The notes under the pieces were generated by a model. It ran no database searches and was not told the origin of the DNA. It was given only the letters and a program-made list of their open reading frames with translations. Shown piece by piece: positions 1-10,003 of a stretch of 50,890 bases of DNA; positions within the stretch are counted from its first letter, which is position 1, and each line of letters starts with the position of its first letter. A program made the translations under genes and the position numbers. Source of the stretch: a virus (taxonomy: Duplodnaviria > Caudoviricetes); IMG/VR virus record IMGVR_UViG_3300032260_000007, positions 1-50,890 of that record; one strand, 5' to 3'.

Positions 1-148
1 TTTCGTTCGGCATTGTTTATATCTCTTTCTTGTTAGTAGGCAGTTCTGATATCGTCGGCCATCGTGGACCTTCTAGTTTCGATCCACAAGCATCACAACT
101 TGCCCAACTGAATTTAATTTCAGTAGCAGCATACTCACTCAATACATC
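1..148. repeat. Terminal direct repeat, copy 1 (circular overlap)
   Basis: Bases 1-148 match 50743-50890 except C127 vs G50869. Confidence 0.95.
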
Positions 149-448
149 GTTCAATGTTTCTTGTTGGTCGGCAGTTATGTTAGATTCATCTATCAGGTTA
201 CCGATAGTGCCTATGTGGTCTAGGTTGTCATAGTCCATATCTGGATCTAGATCTAGAAGCTCACTAGCCTCACGCCAAGTGTAATTGCTGATTATGTAGC
301 AGTCATAACATATCCAGCTATCAGCGTCGCTTTCTAGATACACGCCATTAGCGATTAGATTCCATGCTTTGGCTAGCCCGATCGTTCCATTAGAGGCTAG
401 TTCCCAATCGGTAGCCTTAGATAGGAATTGTTCTATAGGCATTCTCAT
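17..448 (-). CDS. Hypothetical early protein with two CxxC pairs (putative Zn-binding)
   Basis: 143 aa ORF with CYDC and CDACG motifs; overlaps neighbours (ATGA at 445-448). Confidence 0.75.
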   Translation of the reverse strand: MRMPIEQFLSKATDWELASNGTIGLAKAWNLIANGVYLESDADSWICYDCYIISNYTWREASELLDLDPDMDYDNLDHIGTIGNLIDESNITADQQETLNDVLSEYAATEIKFSWASCDACGSKLEGPRWPTISELPTNKKEI

Positions 449-939
449 TTGTTTGATCCTTTGGCTAGTGATATGGCCGGATGAGGAATACTACGCATAA
501 AGTCGGGTAGTAGTCGATGGTTCATGTGTTTGTTGTAGCGCTCTAGTGCCTCTAGTGCTCTTACTCGTGCTGGTGAGGTTGCCGAGTCATCTAGGTAGAT
601 AGAGAAGTTGTTAACGATTGTGGCATAGGTTGCGCTGCTACACAGATACCCATTTAAATCAATGTCGATATCATCGGGAACTAAGTCTAGTTCGATGATG
701 CTAGATATCAGGTTTGCGGATGAGCGATGACCACGTACGAATAGATCCACTATTTGGTGTGGCTCAACGTTATATTCTTTACTGGTAGCGATGATTCCAT
801 CGACAATTGTATTAACTATTGTTTCGTGATTGGTGGTATTGCTATGTCCGTTCCTTTCGATGTACCGGATTAGATAGTTAGCAGCGTTGTTGAGCATATT
901 CGCATACGTGTTGTTTGCTAGTAGGTTAATCATTGACAT
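445..939 (-). CDS. Hypothetical protein
   Basis: 164 aa ORF; AAAGGA SD upstream; in operon. Confidence 0.7.
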   Translation of the reverse strand: MSMINLLANNTYANMLNNAANYLIRYIERNGHSNTTNHETIVNTIVDGIIATSKEYNVEPHQIVDLFVRGHRSSANLISSIIELDLVPDDIDIDLNGYLCSSATYATIVNNFSIYLDDSATSPARVRALEALERYNKHMNHRLLPDFMRSIPHPAISLAKGSNK

Positions 940-973
940 TGTTAGATCCTTTGTGGTTGGTTGGTTAATCGGC

Positions 974-1354
974 TTAGGTGTGGGTGGTATAGATTGTGTA
1001 TTTGTGTTCTTCGTGCGTCAGGTTAAGACCTAGAGCCACACTTACAGTTATTACCGATGTATCTAGACGGAAGTTAAATGATGGTGGATCGATAGCCCAA
1101 GTCATTAGGCGACTAGCTAGTGACAAGTTTGCTAGTAGATATTCGTGTGTGGAATCTATTGTCTTGTTGGCGCTAACTAGTTTGGCCGTCTCAATCTCTA
1201 TTTGTAGATCGGTTAGAGATGACTTATCGGCGTTTAGCGATTCTGTATTCCGTGTGTTTGCATATCGTGCACTATCTAGCTGAATTAAATCGCTACTGGT
1301 AGATCTAATTATCTCTCGTGCTAGACGTATTATGTTTGCTTGTTCTTCCAACAT
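974..1354 (-). CDS. Hypothetical protein
   Basis: 126 aa ORF; GGGAG SD upstream. Confidence 0.7.
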   Translation of the reverse strand: MLEEQANIIRLAREIIRSTSSDLIQLDSARYANTRNTESLNADKSSLTDLQIEIETAKLVSANKTIDSTHEYLLANLSLASRLMTWAIDPPSFNFRLDTSVITVSVALGLNLTHEEHKYTIYTTHT

Positions 1355-1363
1355 GTATGCTCC

Positions 1364-1564
1364 CTAGTTTCCGAATATTATTGTTACGTAGTTATCTTCA
1401 TTACCTACTGAGATAAAGCGACTATTTGAGTTAGTCGAATTAAATACACAATTGTAGTCGTCCTCTTGCATGCATTGTGGCAGTTCATCTAAGTAGCTTG
1501 GATTAATAAACGCTGCTAGTGCGACTATTAGGTTGATTATGGTTTCGACTATTTGTTGCTCCAT
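1364..1564 (-). CDS. Small membrane or secreted hypothetical protein (leaderless; start moved to ATG 1564)
   Basis: MEQQIVETIINLIVALAAFI hydrophobic N-terminus; ATG lies just downstream of a -10 box. Confidence 0.6.
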   Translation of the reverse strand: MEQQIVETIINLIVALAAFINPSYLDELPQCMQEDDYNCVFNSTNSNSRFISVGNEDNYVTIIFGN

Positions 1565-1571
1565 GCGTCCA

Positions 1572-1600
1572 AGTGTATCAAAGTACAAATAAATTTGCAA
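1572..1600 (-). promoter_or_regulatory. Sigma70-type promoter of the leftward early block
   Basis: TTGCAA-N17-TACACT with extended TGn on the minus strand. Confidence 0.75.
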
Positions 1601-2743
1601 CATTGAGAATCTATTTAAATTAAATAGAGCGGTAAATCCTGGTCTATAGACCTTCCACACCATCAACTAGCTGGACTTATGGCCGATTTGTGTGTGCGTA
1701 ATGCGATATATGCTAAATAGTATTTGTTTGTTATTGTGATGTATTTGATGGTTAAGTAAATACTCGTGTTAATTGTGACAGATATGTGTCTGAAACGAGT
1801 GTAGATTAGCCTGGATTGAAACTAGTACATATAACTATGTGATAATCATATATGTCTCTTTTATTGTAAATACTATAATATATATGTATAAATCTAAGGT
1901 ACACAAGAACACGTATAGTTGGCGTATATAAGTGAATGTTTCGATACATGTGTTAAGCAAATATGCTTCGTTTATAACGTACCTGTTTAGTATACATAGC
2001 AATTAATTCTTATATCTCCCAGTAGACAGAAAGAAGTTGTTTTTAGGGTGCGTTGACTATGTTATAGATACTGGCATAGATAAGTGAAAATCTGCCTGTT
2101 AATACATTGGAAATTCACTGTTTAGGTAATAGTTTACGCTTATTTACAAGACAGTTAAGCACTACCTATGTAGTTATTGTGGGTGGAACGTATAGCGGCA
2201 TGATAATAACATTACCGACTAAGACCTAAGTAGTTACCTAGTGATACTTTCTTCGGCTATCACTAGTATCAGAACCGTAACATTGTGTAAATTTCTAATG
2301 TATTAACACTGATTTAGTTTACTAAACGTATAAATCAGACCTATTGGAATAACACTAAATCGTCCTCAAATCTGGCAGTATTGGCCTAATAAAGTGCCAC
2401 GTATTGACATACGTACGCCTACCTTTGTTTACGTATAAGCGCACACACGAGGCATTCTTTGAGTAAACGAGCGTATGTATATGTATAGAGTAAGACACTA
2501 ACGTATGTGCTAAATCGTTGTTTACAAATAAGCATATACAATGAGCACGAAAGTGGCCTAATTACTTGTATCAATATTGGCCCTTTGGTAATATGACGTC
2601 CGATTATTTGGTTATATGCCGACCATCTAAAAAGGTGGACCTTTACACTGTAAGTATCCAATCCAAAATCACTTTTATGTTGGAAATTGAAGGGTGTGTT
2701 CTGGAATTTCAGCAGAATAAATTGACGTCAAATCTTTGTTGCA

Positions 2744-2772
2744 TTGTCTAATCTAAAAATCCATGATACACT
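2744..2772 (+). promoter_or_regulatory. Sigma70-type promoter for the packaging operon (leaderless)
   Basis: TTGTCT-N17-TACACT with extended TGn; ATG 2779 is 7 nt past the -10 box. Confidence 0.65.
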
Positions 2773-2778
2773 GACAAC

Positions 2779-3045
2779 ATGTTTACTCAAGGAGACGCAT
2801 CGCAACTTGCCATTGAAGCTATGGACGCTTACAGTAACCGTGGTAAAGGCAACACATTTATACGTGAAGAAGTCAATTCAAAGGCTATAGCAGCAATACA
2901 AGTAATTAGCAGCCTTATGTATTCCGAGCAAGACAACATCGCTCTGCAAGCATCTAAGTTTATGGTTAACACTGCAATAAGACTAAATATGGAGTATGAA
3001 GTGTCGGACCCTGTTGATGACCTTCTACAAGGTTTGCTGCAATAA
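2779..3045 (+). CDS. Probable terminase small subunit
   Basis: 88 aa helical ORF abutting terL; assignment is positional. Confidence 0.55.
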   Translation: MFTQGDASQLAIEAMDAYSNRGKGNTFIREEVNSKAIAAIQVISSLMYSEQDNIALQASKFMVNTAIRLNMEYEVSDPVDDLLQGLLQ

Positions 3046-4608
3046 ATGGTAGCCACTATACACAACCAAAGTAAAGTTAATGTTAAAAAGCTTTACGAGA
3101 AGCTAAACTATAAACCGCATCCCGTTCAATCCAAATTCCACGCATCAACAGCTAGATTTAAAACTCCTGTGTGTGGACGGAGAATGGGTAAATCCGTCAT
3201 GGCCGGGAGGGACTTAGAACCTAATCTACTAAGACCTAACCCACGTTTTTCGCCTACACGGATCTACTGGATTGTGGGACCGGTTTATAGTTTGGCTGAA
3301 AAAGAGTTCAGGGTTGTGTGGCAAGATCTAATCATAACCTTAGGTTTAGGTCGAACTAAAGGCATCAAAAAGTCTTTCAACCTAAAACAAGGAAACATGT
3401 TTATTGAGTTTCCATGGGGAGTCAGACTAGAAACCAAATCCGCTGATAGACAAGATTCTCTTGTGGGGGATTCCTTGTGGTCAGTGATTATGAGCGAAGC
3501 CGCTAAACACGATGTCGAAACTTGGGACAAATACATTAGACCAGCGCTAGCAGACTTTAAAGGCACTGCTACTTTCCCGACCACACCAGAAGGCAAGAAC
3601 TGGATCTATGACCTTTATCTGAGGGGCCAAGATCCAAACCAACCTGACTATGACTCCTGGCAGTTCCCTAGCTGGACTAATCCACACGTATACCCAGAAG
3701 GAATAACAGATCCAGAGATAATCCAATTACGTGAAACTTTGCCAACAGCAGTCTTTGAACAAGAAATAGCGGCGGATTTTACAAAAGTTGCAGGATCAAT
3801 CTTTCCCGACTTCGCTGAACATACCCACGTAACAGACGTTAAATTCGACCCCTCTCTACCGAACTACATAGCCTTTGACTTCGGCTACGTAAACCCATTC
3901 GCCGCACTAGAATTTCAATTAGGGCCACAAGACCAAGTAAGAGTCTGGCGGGAACACTATAAAACCCACGCCACAACCTACGAAAACCTGCAAATAATGG
4001 CAGAACGGGAACAGCCAGACGGCTACCGAATAGACATGTGCGTAGGCGATCCAGCAGACCCAGAATCAATAGCAACCATAAACAAAGTAATAGGTAACTG
4101 TTACGGAGATCCAGCAGTCAAAGATTGGAAAACCGGAATAGACCTAATGACAGACGCTATAAAATTACGCATTGACGATTCAACCGACTCAATAGACGAA
4201 CACGGAACACCACCAGAAATGTTCCCGGGGTTTGTGGTCGACAGAGAATGCAGACAATTTATAGACGAAATGCTAGCCTACAAATCGCCAAAGGGCACAC
4301 TAACCACAAGCCCTAAAGAAATAGGCGTAAAGAAACACGATCACGGAATAGATGCAATACGATACGCACTATTCCAAATATTCGTATTAGGTCGATATGA
4401 AGATCTAGACACAACAATGCCTGAGCTTCTGAAACCAAGACCAGAAGACAGACAACTACTAGACATAACAGCAAGAAACGATCTAGATCAAATGTTCGGG
4501 TCAGACCCAATAGGACCACAAACCTACAACATAGAAGAACTAGACTCCGGCCTGTACACAGCAAGAGGAATGTCTGACTACCACGGAATCTATGGGAAGG
4601 AGTTTTAA
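3046..4608 (+). CDS. terL: Terminase large subunit
   Basis: CGRRMGKS Walker A, VIMSEAA Walker B, TTPEG motif, AFDFG and HDHGIDAIRY nuclease motifs. Confidence 0.95.
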   Translation: MVATIHNQSKVNVKKLYEKLNYKPHPVQSKFHASTARFKTPVCGRRMGKSVMAGRDLEPNLLRPNPRFSPTRIYWIVGPVYSLAEKEFRVVWQDLIITLGLGRTKGIKKSFNLKQGNMFIEFPWGVRLETKSADRQDSLVGDSLWSVIMSEAAKHDVETWDKYIRPALADFKGTATFPTTPEGKNWIYDLYLRGQDPNQPDYDSWQFPSWTNPHVYPEGITDPEIIQLRETLPTAVFEQEIAADFTKVAGSIFPDFAEHTHVTDVKFDPSLPNYIAFDFGYVNPFAALEFQLGPQDQVRVWREHYKTHATTYENLQIMAEREQPDGYRIDMCVGDPADPESIATINKVIGNCYGDPAVKDWKTGIDLMTDAIKLRIDDSTDSIDEHGTPPEMFPGFVVDRECRQFIDEMLAYKSPKGTLTTSPKEIGVKKHDHGIDAIRYALFQIFVLGRYEDLDTTMPELLKPRPEDRQLLDITARNDLDQMFGSDPIGPQTYNIEELDSGLYTARGMSDYHGIYGKEF

Positions 4609-4613
4609 ACTGC

Positions 4614-6140
4614 ATGTTAGAACCAGATGTAGTTGAACAAATAGAAAAATTGCTAGGCACTACAGCAGACATTGTGACGCTAAGTGACGATGGAGGCATA
4701 CCAAGCTACCTAGTTGTGGAGCAAGAAGACCCGTCACAACGACTAATAACAGATGACGACTCAATACAACTAAGCGAAAAAGTCCCGGCCAACGCCTTTA
4801 GAGAAATAGGCGGACGAGCCAGCGACGAATGGGGATTCATAGATGACGAATACAATGCAGACCTAAAAGGAATATCAGGTCTAAGAATCTATGATCGAAT
4901 GCGGCGGTCAGATCCAGCAATAAGATCTGCAATGCGAATCCTGAAAACACCAGTAAAAGGTGGCACCTTCTTTGTTGTGGAAGGTGAAGACACTAAAGAA
5001 GGCAAAGAAATAGCAGCATTTGTAGAAAAAGCACTTTTCAACATGGAGAAAGGTTTCTCACAATTCCTTCATGAAGCACTACTAATGCTGGAATTTGGAT
5101 ACTACTTCTTTGAAAAAGTATGGGAACGTAGAGAAGTTAACGGAGAGCAAAGAATAACTTTAAAGAAACTGGCTCCAAGACACCCGCTACGAGTCCACGA
5201 ATGGCTATTCGATAAAAACTCAAATCCAAAAAGAGTCCGCATGAGTGTGGATGCTGGTCACGGTGGAATAGTAGAAATACCAGCAAACAAACTAGTAATC
5301 GTAACATACGATGAAGAAGACTCTAACATATTCGGAATATCAGTTTTGCGTTCAGCCTACAAACCATGGTACTTGAAAGAGAACGCATACAGAATAGACG
5401 CCATACAGAAAGAACGGCACGCTACAGGAATACCAATCGTAAAACTCCCAATGGGCGTCAGCGCAGCACAAAAAGAAATAGCTAAAGAACTAGCAAGGAA
5501 CCTTAGAACTAACCATTCGGCTTTCGCTGCTCTACCCAATGGTTGGGAAGTAGAATTTCTTAAACTAGACGGACGACCAGTTAGCGCCTTGGAAACAGCC
5601 GATCACCATAGCGCAATGATATTTCTAAATATTCTAGCTCAGTCTGTGTGGATGGGGACCACGAGTAGTAGTGGCAATGACGCTACAGAACTTATGGATC
5701 TATTTTATAGGTCCGCACAAGAAGTAGCTAACATAATTGTGGAGGCAATAAATAAACAAATTATACCAGAATTAGTTAGGTATAATTGGGATACAATGAA
5801 ATTCCCACAACTTAAGGTGCGGCAATTAGGCAATACTAAAGAAATGCGTGAGCTAAGCTTTGTATTGCGTAACCTTATAGGTGCTCAACTGGTCAGACTA
5901 GATGACAAGACTGAGGCATGGATAAGAGATGTCATCGGTGCACCACCGTTCGACAGTGCCACGGAGAGACCGTTTGACGCTCCTACAAGCGACGATGAGC
6001 CGGACGACAGTGATAGTGAGCCACCAGCGACAGGAGGCACTCCTAGGCCGCCTAGAATGGGCTCAAAGCAATCGAAAGCGTCTAACATGCGGACCAAACC
6101 TTCAAGCAAGGAAGGTAAAGACGGAAGCGGTACTTCATAA
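4614..6140 (+). CDS. Portal protein (Mu gp29/DUF935-like)
   Basis: Follows terL; YDRMRRSD, FGYYFFEKVW, GISVLRSAYKPW, ERHATGIP motifs. Confidence 0.9.
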   Translation: MLEPDVVEQIEKLLGTTADIVTLSDDGGIPSYLVVEQEDPSQRLITDDDSIQLSEKVPANAFREIGGRASDEWGFIDDEYNADLKGISGLRIYDRMRRSDPAIRSAMRILKTPVKGGTFFVVEGEDTKEGKEIAAFVEKALFNMEKGFSQFLHEALLMLEFGYYFFEKVWERREVNGEQRITLKKLAPRHPLRVHEWLFDKNSNPKRVRMSVDAGHGGIVEIPANKLVIVTYDEEDSNIFGISVLRSAYKPWYLKENAYRIDAIQKERHATGIPIVKLPMGVSAAQKEIAKELARNLRTNHSAFAALPNGWEVEFLKLDGRPVSALETADHHSAMIFLNILAQSVWMGTTSSSGNDATELMDLFYRSAQEVANIIVEAINKQIIPELVRYNWDTMKFPQLKVRQLGNTKEMRELSFVLRNLIGAQLVRLDDKTEAWIRDVIGAPPFDSATERPFDAPTSDDEPDDSDSEPPATGGTPRPPRMGSKQSKASNMRTKPSSKEGKDGSGTS

Positions 6141-6499
6141 TGCCATCTTATTCAAACCAAATAGATGCAGTAGGTGTGGATCTAGGCCATCGGTATAAAT
6201 CAGGTGCCTCAATAGACATTACATTAAAGTTTCTTGATACAAATAGACGTGTAATTGATGTTAGTGGCCGCACGTACACAGGCGGAATTTACAACGTTAC
6301 TGCAAGCACAACACAAGACATGTTTGTAGTTGATAGTTCAGACGCAGTTAACGGCATAATCAATTTACTTGTAGAAGACACAAGTAGTTATACCGATGAA
6401 AATGACTATAAAGTCGAAGTATGGGAAACCATAGGCACTAAAAAGAACTATATTTATGGCGGCTCGCTAGTTGTGGAGGACTCACTATTAGCACCATAG
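6140..6499 (+). CDS. Ig-like/BppU-N-like beta-sandwich virion protein
   Basis: 119 aa beta-rich sequence (IDVSGRTY...NGIINL...YIYGGSLVV). Confidence 0.55.
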   Translation: MPSYSNQIDAVGVDLGHRYKSGASIDITLKFLDTNRRVIDVSGRTYTGGIYNVTASTTQDMFVVDSSDAVNGIINLLVEDTSSYTDENDYKVEVWETIGTKKNYIYGGSLVVEDSLLAP

Positions 6500-6690
6500 T
6501 AGAAATTGAGAGTACTCAAATTATCGGTGTTGTGGCTGATGAAGCAGATTTAGAATACAGAGTAGTAAACGGATACGAATACCAAATAACACTTGTTCAG
6601 GTTGCCGGTACAACTGATGTTTTAGGAATTAGGCCACAAGAAACATCAAATATAACAAATAAATACGAACATTATGGGCCGAAGTTTTGA
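6487..6690 (+). CDS. Unannotated small ORF, probable non-canonical (ATT/ATA) start
   Basis: Open frame IVEIESTQIIGVVADEADLEY...GPKF* fills the gap; GGAGGA lies 6 nt before ATT 6487. Confidence 0.45.
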   Translation: MSTIVEIESTQIIGVVADEADLEYRVVNGYEYQITLVQVAGTTDVLGIRPQETSNITNKYEHYGPKF

Positions 6691-6708
6691 TTAGGAAAGG
6701 TAAACCAC

Positions 6709-7842
6709 ATGAATGTGTTTGGTAAATTTATTGATATCCAAGCCGCATTACTAAATGATACTACTACTAATAGTAGCTGGATTCAAGCAATACCAGTCGG
6801 TAAGTGGAAACTAGGTAATACAGTCCTAGATTTTACAAAGGAAAGACTACAAGGCTTTGCCGATAAAATTAATAAAAATGTACGTGGCATTGATCTAGCT
6901 GTAGATTATGACCATCAGATAGGAATCGCCGCTGGCTGGTTTAATGAAGCAAAAGTTGAAGATGACGGCCTGTACATTAAGGTTGATTGGACAGACGGCG
7001 CAGCAGCTAAAATAAGAGCAGGTGAATATAGATACTTCTCACCTGAAATTCTCTTTAAATGGCAACATCCAGTAACCAAGATTGACTATACAGATGTTAT
7101 TAGCGGTGGCGCTGTAACGAACAAACCATTTCTAAAAGGTATTAAACCCCTAGAGTTGCACGATGAAAGGAAAATTATGAACAGAGCACAACTTGAGGCA
7201 CTAGCTGTAAAGCTTGGAATTAAGTTTGACAAGGAAATTACTGATGATGATTTGGCTGACGCACTAGCTAAATTTGAGCCAGAAGACGCATCTAATTCGG
7301 ACGACGATGATGTCGATGAAGATGAAGATGAAGATGATGCGGATGTAGATGAAGATGATACAGACAGTGATGATCCAGATGGCATCGCACAACTAAGCGA
7401 ATCGAATCCAGCAGTTAAAGCACTAGTACAACGGCTTAACGAGCAGGATTCTATGCTTAAGGCTATTCAAGCCACCGCACGTAGGGCTGACGTAAAACTC
7501 GCTCTTGCTGAATTTAATACTGACCAAGTGCTACTTTCTGAAAGTGCTACGACAAGGCTCGGTAAGTTTATGGTTAAGCTTTCAGAGTCTTTGGGTAAAG
7601 AGTTTAAGGCCATCATTCAGAGCTTTATGGATGGTAGCGCTGTAGTTCAGCTTGGAGAAAGTTCAGCAGCGAACAATTCAATTAATCTTGGTGGTAAGTC
7701 CGCCTTTGAAGTGATGGAGGCTGAAGTTACTAAGCTCCAAGAAGCTAATAAGGATATGGACTATACTACAGCTATGGTTCAGGTAACCAGAGAGAACCCA
7801 TCATTGTTTGCCGAATACCAAAAAGAAATGAACGGAGTTTAA
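6709..7842 (+). CDS. Prohead protease/scaffold (Mu gpI-like)
   Basis: VDYDH, AAGW, VDWT, EYRYFSPE, AVTNKPFL motifs; acidic linker; helical scaffold C-terminus. Confidence 0.88.
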   Translation: MNVFGKFIDIQAALLNDTTTNSSWIQAIPVGKWKLGNTVLDFTKERLQGFADKINKNVRGIDLAVDYDHQIGIAAGWFNEAKVEDDGLYIKVDWTDGAAAKIRAGEYRYFSPEILFKWQHPVTKIDYTDVISGGAVTNKPFLKGIKPLELHDERKIMNRAQLEALAVKLGIKFDKEITDDDLADALAKFEPEDASNSDDDDVDEDEDEDDADVDEDDTDSDDPDGIAQLSESNPAVKALVQRLNEQDSMLKAIQATARRADVKLALAEFNTDQVLLSESATTRLGKFMVKLSESLGKEFKAIIQSFMDGSAVVQLGESSAANNSINLGGKSAFEVMEAEVTKLQEANKDMDYTTAMVQVTRENPSLFAEYQKEMNGV

Positions 7843-7843
7843 T

Positions 7844-8218
7844 ATGCATGAAATTCTAAGTATGTCACTTATATCTGAAACAGCTATTACGAAAGGTAGA
7901 CTTGTAGCACTTGGAACAGCGGATAATACCTGTACTGCTGTTACGGCGCAAGGCCAAGCTGTTTTTGGTATAGTAAATGAAGAAGTCACTGCTAGTAACG
8001 TTACTAATGGTAGGCACGTAAAAGTAACTATTGCAGGTGTGGTCAAAGCTAAAGCCGGTGCTGCTATTGCAATTGGTGACTTTTTGACTACAACCGCCAC
8101 TGGTACTGTAGAACCTGCGACTACGGGTGACTACATTTGTGGTCAAGCTATTATGGGTGCGGCTAACGGTGATATTTTTAGTATGAACTTTATTCCAGCA
8201 CCAGTTATTTCGGCCTAG
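7844..8218 (+). CDS. Capsid decoration/cement protein (DUF2190-like)
   Basis: AGAAIAIGDFLTTTATG motif; lies between protease and major capsid genes. Confidence 0.8.
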   Translation: MHEILSMSLISETAITKGRLVALGTADNTCTAVTAQGQAVFGIVNEEVTASNVTNGRHVKVTIAGVVKAKAGAAIAIGDFLTTTATGTVEPATTGDYICGQAIMGAANGDIFSMNFIPAPVISA

Positions 8219-8232
8219 AAAGGAAATTTTAA

Positions 8233-9213
8233 ATGGCAGTTTATGATCCAGCAGGTGGCGGAAACGCACACATTGATCAGGTACTTACGCAAGTAAGTCT
8301 TAAATATACAAATGAACCACACATTGGTGAGGAACTAGTACCTAGCGTAGCAGTTTCACAGCAAAGTGATAAGTATTATGAGTTTGGCCGTGAGAATTGG
8401 CAGTTGGACCCAGTTAGCTCAATTAGAGCACCTGGTACACCAGCCGCTGAAATTGGCGGACGTACTCTATCTTTGCATACATACTTCTGTGTGGAACATG
8501 CATATAAGACTGCTGTAACTGAGGAAGAAGTCCAAAACTCAGATACACCACTCCAACCAAAAGCCGATGCCACTGAAGATTTGACTGACAAGCATATGCT
8601 TAGTCAGGAAATTGAAGTTTATACAGATCTTACTACAGCAGCTAACTTTAATGCTAATAATACTGTAACTTTGGCTGGTACGGATCAGTGGTCAGATTCA
8701 GTCAACTCAAATCCAATTGCGGATATGAAGACTGGTCGGGATGCTATCCACGCTAGTATCTTTAGGCGTCCAAATAAAACTGTAATTCCTTATCAAGTAA
8801 TGTCACAGATTGAAGATCATCCAGATCTGATTGAACGCATTAAATACTCGGAACGAGGAATCCTTAACTCTACTATTATGGAGGCACTTTTCCAAACTGG
8901 TAAGGTGCTAATTCCTGGTGCTGGTTTCAATTCAGCCAACCCCGGCCAAGCAGATACGTTTGGTTATATTTGGGGTAAGGATGTTGTAATGGCATTTGTA
9001 AATTCCAAGGCCAAGATCAAGCAACTTTCAACCGCTTATAAGTTTAAGTGGCGTTACCCTAGTGGCCAAACTCGTATTGTGGATGGTTGGTACGATAAGG
9101 ACCGCAAGTCAGATATTGTACGTATCCAAGAGCGTTGGGATATGAAGCGAGTTGCAGTAGATGATGCAGGCTTGCATATTGCAGGTTACCTAATTAAGGA
9201 TGCGATAGCCTAA
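8233..9213 (+). CDS. Major capsid protein
   Basis: 326 aa; HIDQVLTQVS, QWSD..SNPI.D, RPN, AGYLIKDA motifs; position. Confidence 0.88.
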   Translation: MAVYDPAGGGNAHIDQVLTQVSLKYTNEPHIGEELVPSVAVSQQSDKYYEFGRENWQLDPVSSIRAPGTPAAEIGGRTLSLHTYFCVEHAYKTAVTEEEVQNSDTPLQPKADATEDLTDKHMLSQEIEVYTDLTTAANFNANNTVTLAGTDQWSDSVNSNPIADMKTGRDAIHASIFRRPNKTVIPYQVMSQIEDHPDLIERIKYSERGILNSTIMEALFQTGKVLIPGAGFNSANPGQADTFGYIWGKDVVMAFVNSKAKIKQLSTAYKFKWRYPSGQTRIVDGWYDKDRKSDIVRIQERWDMKRVAVDDAGLHIAGYLIKDAIA

Positions 9214-9518
9214 TGACTAAGCGTCTAGTCGCTCAAAGTACAATTAAATTTGGTATGGGTGAAAGAGATAAGTCAGAAATTACTGACAGGGGTGACATCT
9301 TTGACCCAGCAGGTAAACCACGAGATCAGGTAAGGCGACTGATTAAAATTGGTGCGCTTAAGGTTGTGGACTTCCCAGATGAGAAATCACCACAACCAGA
9401 AAAGAAAAAGAAAGGGAAAAGCAGCCAGAAGGTAAAAGAAGAAGAAGAAGAAGAAGAAGTAGAGCAAGAAGAAGCAGAGGTAGAAGAAGTAGAGTTACAA
9501 GATAAGGATGACGATTAA
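9213..9518 (+). CDS. Small head-associated protein with Lys/Glu-rich tail
   Basis: 101 aa; TAATG overlap with the capsid gene stop. Confidence 0.65.
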   Translation: MTKRLVAQSTIKFGMGERDKSEITDRGDIFDPAGKPRDQVRRLIKIGALKVVDFPDEKSPQPEKKKKGKSSQKVKEEEEEEEVEQEEAEVEEVELQDKDDD

Positions 9519-9520
9519 AG

Positions 9521-10003
9521 ATGGCTATTGAGTTAGTTCAGGCAGACGTACAGGCATATTTGCATAATACTAAATATAGACTAGGTAAGCTTGAAGATGA
9601 ATTGACAAGCTTTTCTGTTAACTATATAACTGGTAAAGTGCGTTCAAAATATGATATTTCTGGTTGGACTGACGCCACAAATACACCCCCTTTAATCCTT
9701 AACTTGATGAATATCTGGTATGCAAATCTGTACCTACGGCTGAAATCCTCAGAGGAAGACGGCTTTACTAAATATGCAGATTTTTTAGTTGGGTTGGTTA
9801 ATGACCAATGCCAAGCAATCGTTGATGGTGATGTAAGTTTGGAAGGCCAACTTACCGATCCAAATTCAGCTGTAGGTGCAGAACCAGAGTTTTTTCCAAC
9901 AAATGCAGCAACTACCATATGGCAAGAAGATCACAATGCCGATGGAAGTTCAGGCGCAGTTGGAGCGGCTACACAAGCATTTACAATGCAAATGGAGTTT
10001 TAA
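9521..10003 (+). CDS. Head-tail adaptor (Mu gp36-like)
   Basis: Position; TPPLI and AIVDGDVSL motifs. Confidence 0.65.
   Translation: MAIELVQADVQAYLHNTKYRLGKLEDELTSFSVNYITGKVRSKYDISGWTDATNTPPLILNLMNIWYANLYLRLKSSEEDGFTKYADFLVGLVNDQCQAIVDGDVSLEGQLTDPNSAVGAEPEFFPTNAATTIWQEDHNADGSSGAVGAATQAFTMQMEF

Noticed and set aside
1-148. The 148-bp terminal repeat as a biological DTR
   Set aside because: It cuts through coding sequence of a continuous operon and is about one read length long, so an assembly circularisation overlap is more likely.
2419-2751. ORFs 2419-2661 (-) and 2566-2751 (+)
   Set aside because: No SD or promoter support, atypical composition and mutual overlap; probably non-coding.
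9437-9490. GAA trinucleotide run (and a similar run near 34800)
   Set aside because: It simply encodes poly-Glu tails.
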